Assembly: GCA_963719225.1 (NCBI GenBank)
Contig: CAVRAY010000001.1
Coordinates: 96,001-160,000 of the forward strand
DNA length: 64,000 nucleotides
Source of the DNA: Thermoanaerobaculia bacterium
GTDB taxonomy: Bacteria; Acidobacteriota; Thermoanaerobaculia; UBA5066
Direction of reading: 5' to 3'
Part shown: piece after piece, positions 62,437-64,000 of the stretch
Numbering within the stretch: the stretch's first letter is position 1
How the letters are laid out: every line of letters begins with the position of its first letter
Notes under the pieces: model-generated
What the model was told of the DNA's origin: nothing
Database searches by the model: none
Seen by the model: only the letters and a program-made list of their open reading frames with translations
Position numbers and translations under genes: made by a program

Positions 62437-63735
62437 GTGTCGTCCCCTACAATCGACCGAGTGATCCCGAGCGCCTTTCCGCCCGTTCCCGCTCAGCTCG
62501 ACCTCCTTCTGAAAGGCGTCGAGGCGTGCGAGAAGCGCGACGAGCTGGAGAAGAAGCTCGTCCGTTCGGCGAAGACGGGCAAGCCCCTCGTCGTCAAGGT
62601 GGGTTTCGACCCGTCCGCGCCGGATCTCCACCTGGGGCACACGGTCGTTTTCCGGAAGATGCGGCACTTTCAGCAACTGGGGCACACCGTCGTCTTCCTG
62701 ATCGGCGACTTCACGGGAATGATCGGAGACCCATCGGGGAAGAAAGTGACGCGTCCGCAGCTCACGAAGGACGAAGTCCTCGCCAACGCGGAGACGTACA
62801 AGACGCAGGTCTTCAAGATCCTCGAGCCACAGAAGACGCGCATCGCCTTCAACTCCGAATGGCTTTCGGCGCTCGGCGCCGAGGGCCTCATCCGCCTCGC
62901 CGCGAAATACACCGTCGCCCGCCTCCTCGAGCGCGACGACTTCGCGAAACGGTTTCGCGAGGGTAAGCCGATCTCGGTGCACGAGCTGCTCTATCCGCTC
63001 TGCCAGGGCTACGACTCGGTCGCGCTCCTGGCCGACGTCGAGCTGGGCGGCACGGACCAGCTCTTCAACCTGCTCGTCGGCCGCGACCTCATGCGCGAGT
63101 GGGGGCAGGAGCCGCAGGTCGTCATGACCCTCCCGCTCCTCGTCGGCACGGACGGCGTCGAGAAGATGTCGAAGTCCCTCGGCAACGCGATCGGCGTCGC
63201 GGAGAGCCCGGACGAGATCTTCGGGAAAGCCATGTCGATCTCGGACACCGCGATGTGGACGTACTACACGCTCCTGACGGACAGGACGCCGTCGGAGATC
63301 GAGAGCATGAAAGGCGACGTCGCGTCGGGAAAAGTCCACCCCAAGGCGCAAAAAATGGAGCTCGCCGGGCGGCTGGTGGAGGATTTTCACGGGAAGGAGA
63401 AGGCGCTGGCGGCGCGCGCCGAATTCGACAGGCGCTTCACGGGAGGGGGCGGCGCGGTGAGCGCGGAGGTCGTGCGGCTTTCTCCCACGGGCGAAGCGTC
63501 GGGAAAGGGCGCTGAAGATTTCTTAGAAAGGAGTATGGCGGATCTCCTCGTGGAGGCGGGACTCGTGACGAGCAAGAACATCGCGCGCCAGAAGATCCGC
63601 GAAGGGGCTGTGTCGACCTCCGCGGATGGAGAGACCTGGACGAAAGCGACGTCGCCCACGGACCTGCTGCGCGTCGGTTCGGGCCAGGGTGTCTTTCTTA
63701 GAATGGGTAAGAAATTCGTTCGGGTGACGCCGTGA
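62437..63735 (+). CDS. tyrS: Tyrosine-tRNA ligase
   Basis: GFDPSAPDLHLGH, QGYD, GGTDQ, KMSKS; start may be 62461. Confidence 0.96.
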   Translation: MSSPTIDRVIPSAFPPVPAQLDLLLKGVEACEKRDELEKKLVRSAKTGKPLVVKVGFDPSAPDLHLGHTVVFRKMRHFQQLGHTVVFLIGDFTGMIGDPSGKKVTRPQLTKDEVLANAETYKTQVFKILEPQKTRIAFNSEWLSALGAEGLIRLAAKYTVARLLERDDFAKRFREGKPISVHELLYPLCQGYDSVALLADVELGGTDQLFNLLVGRDLMREWGQEPQVVMTLPLLVGTDGVEKMSKSLGNAIGVAESPDEIFGKAMSISDTAMWTYYTLLTDRTPSEIESMKGDVASGKVHPKAQKMELAGRLVEDFHGKEKALAARAEFDRRFTGGGGAVSAEVVRLSPTGEASGKGAEDFLERSMADLLVEAGLVTSKNIARQKIREGAVSTSADGETWTKATSPTDLLRVGSGQGVFLRMGKKFVRVTP

Positions 63736-63787
63736 CGTTGCGAGAAGCGCCGCCGCGTTCCCTTTTCACCTTCTAAGAAAAGCAGCA

Positions 63788-64000
63788 TTGCAAAAACACA
63801 AGAGCAAGCAGGTAAGCAGCGGCAGGCGACGCGGCTCCTCGCGCGTCGTTCTTCTCGTGGGCGGAGCGGGGCGCATGGGCCGCCTCTTCGCGCGCACCTT
63901 TCGACGGAAGGGCTTCGCCGTTTGCGTCGCCGACCCGGCGGGAGTGCCGCCGGGCTGTCGTTCGGGGACGCTCGACGACGCCACGAAAGCCGACGTCGTT
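63788..64000 (+). CDS. tyrA: Prephenate/arogenate dehydrogenase N-terminus (partial)
   Basis: Manual translation VLLVGGAGRMGRLFA...ADVV Rossmann motif; next to tyrS. Confidence 0.65.
   Translation, partial: MQKHKSKQVSSGRRRGSSRVVLLVGGAGRMGRLFARTFRRKGFAVCVADPAGVPPGCRSGTLDDATKADVV

Noticed and set aside
62422-62461. T-box leader before tyrS
   Set aside because: Intergenic space far too short; no T-box motif

Overview
High-GC bacterial chromosome segment. Gene content and the C-terminal 'TPCRLVDTR' domain suggest Acidobacteriota, possibly Thermoanaerobaculia (inference). It holds about 55 genes, including housekeeping loci (eno-ftsB, pgm, thyX, iscS, class I fumarase, udk-tyrS-tyrA). Highlights: (1) an ~8.4 kb integrase-less island at tRNA-fMet, split by tRNA 3' remnants into two tandem cargo modules: a fluoride-riboswitch operon (dynamin-like GTPase, tandem DUF190, CPA2 antiporter::MFS fusion, second enolase) and an arsR-arsP-arsEFG-like operon; (2) a BCP peroxiredoxin with an in-frame UGA at the catalytic Cys position and a SECIS-like hairpin, missed by the ORF track; (3) an amt-PII-porin operon with a sigma54 promoter and an adjacent NifA-like GAF activator, with paired ACA-N4-TGT sites upstream of both the operon and the activator; (4) a GlnA4-like gamma-glutamylation cluster. 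Two stretches (16.3-18.1 kb, 50.7-53.6 kb) carry many 1-nt indels that may be sequencing error. All family calls come from motif recognition only; no database search was run.
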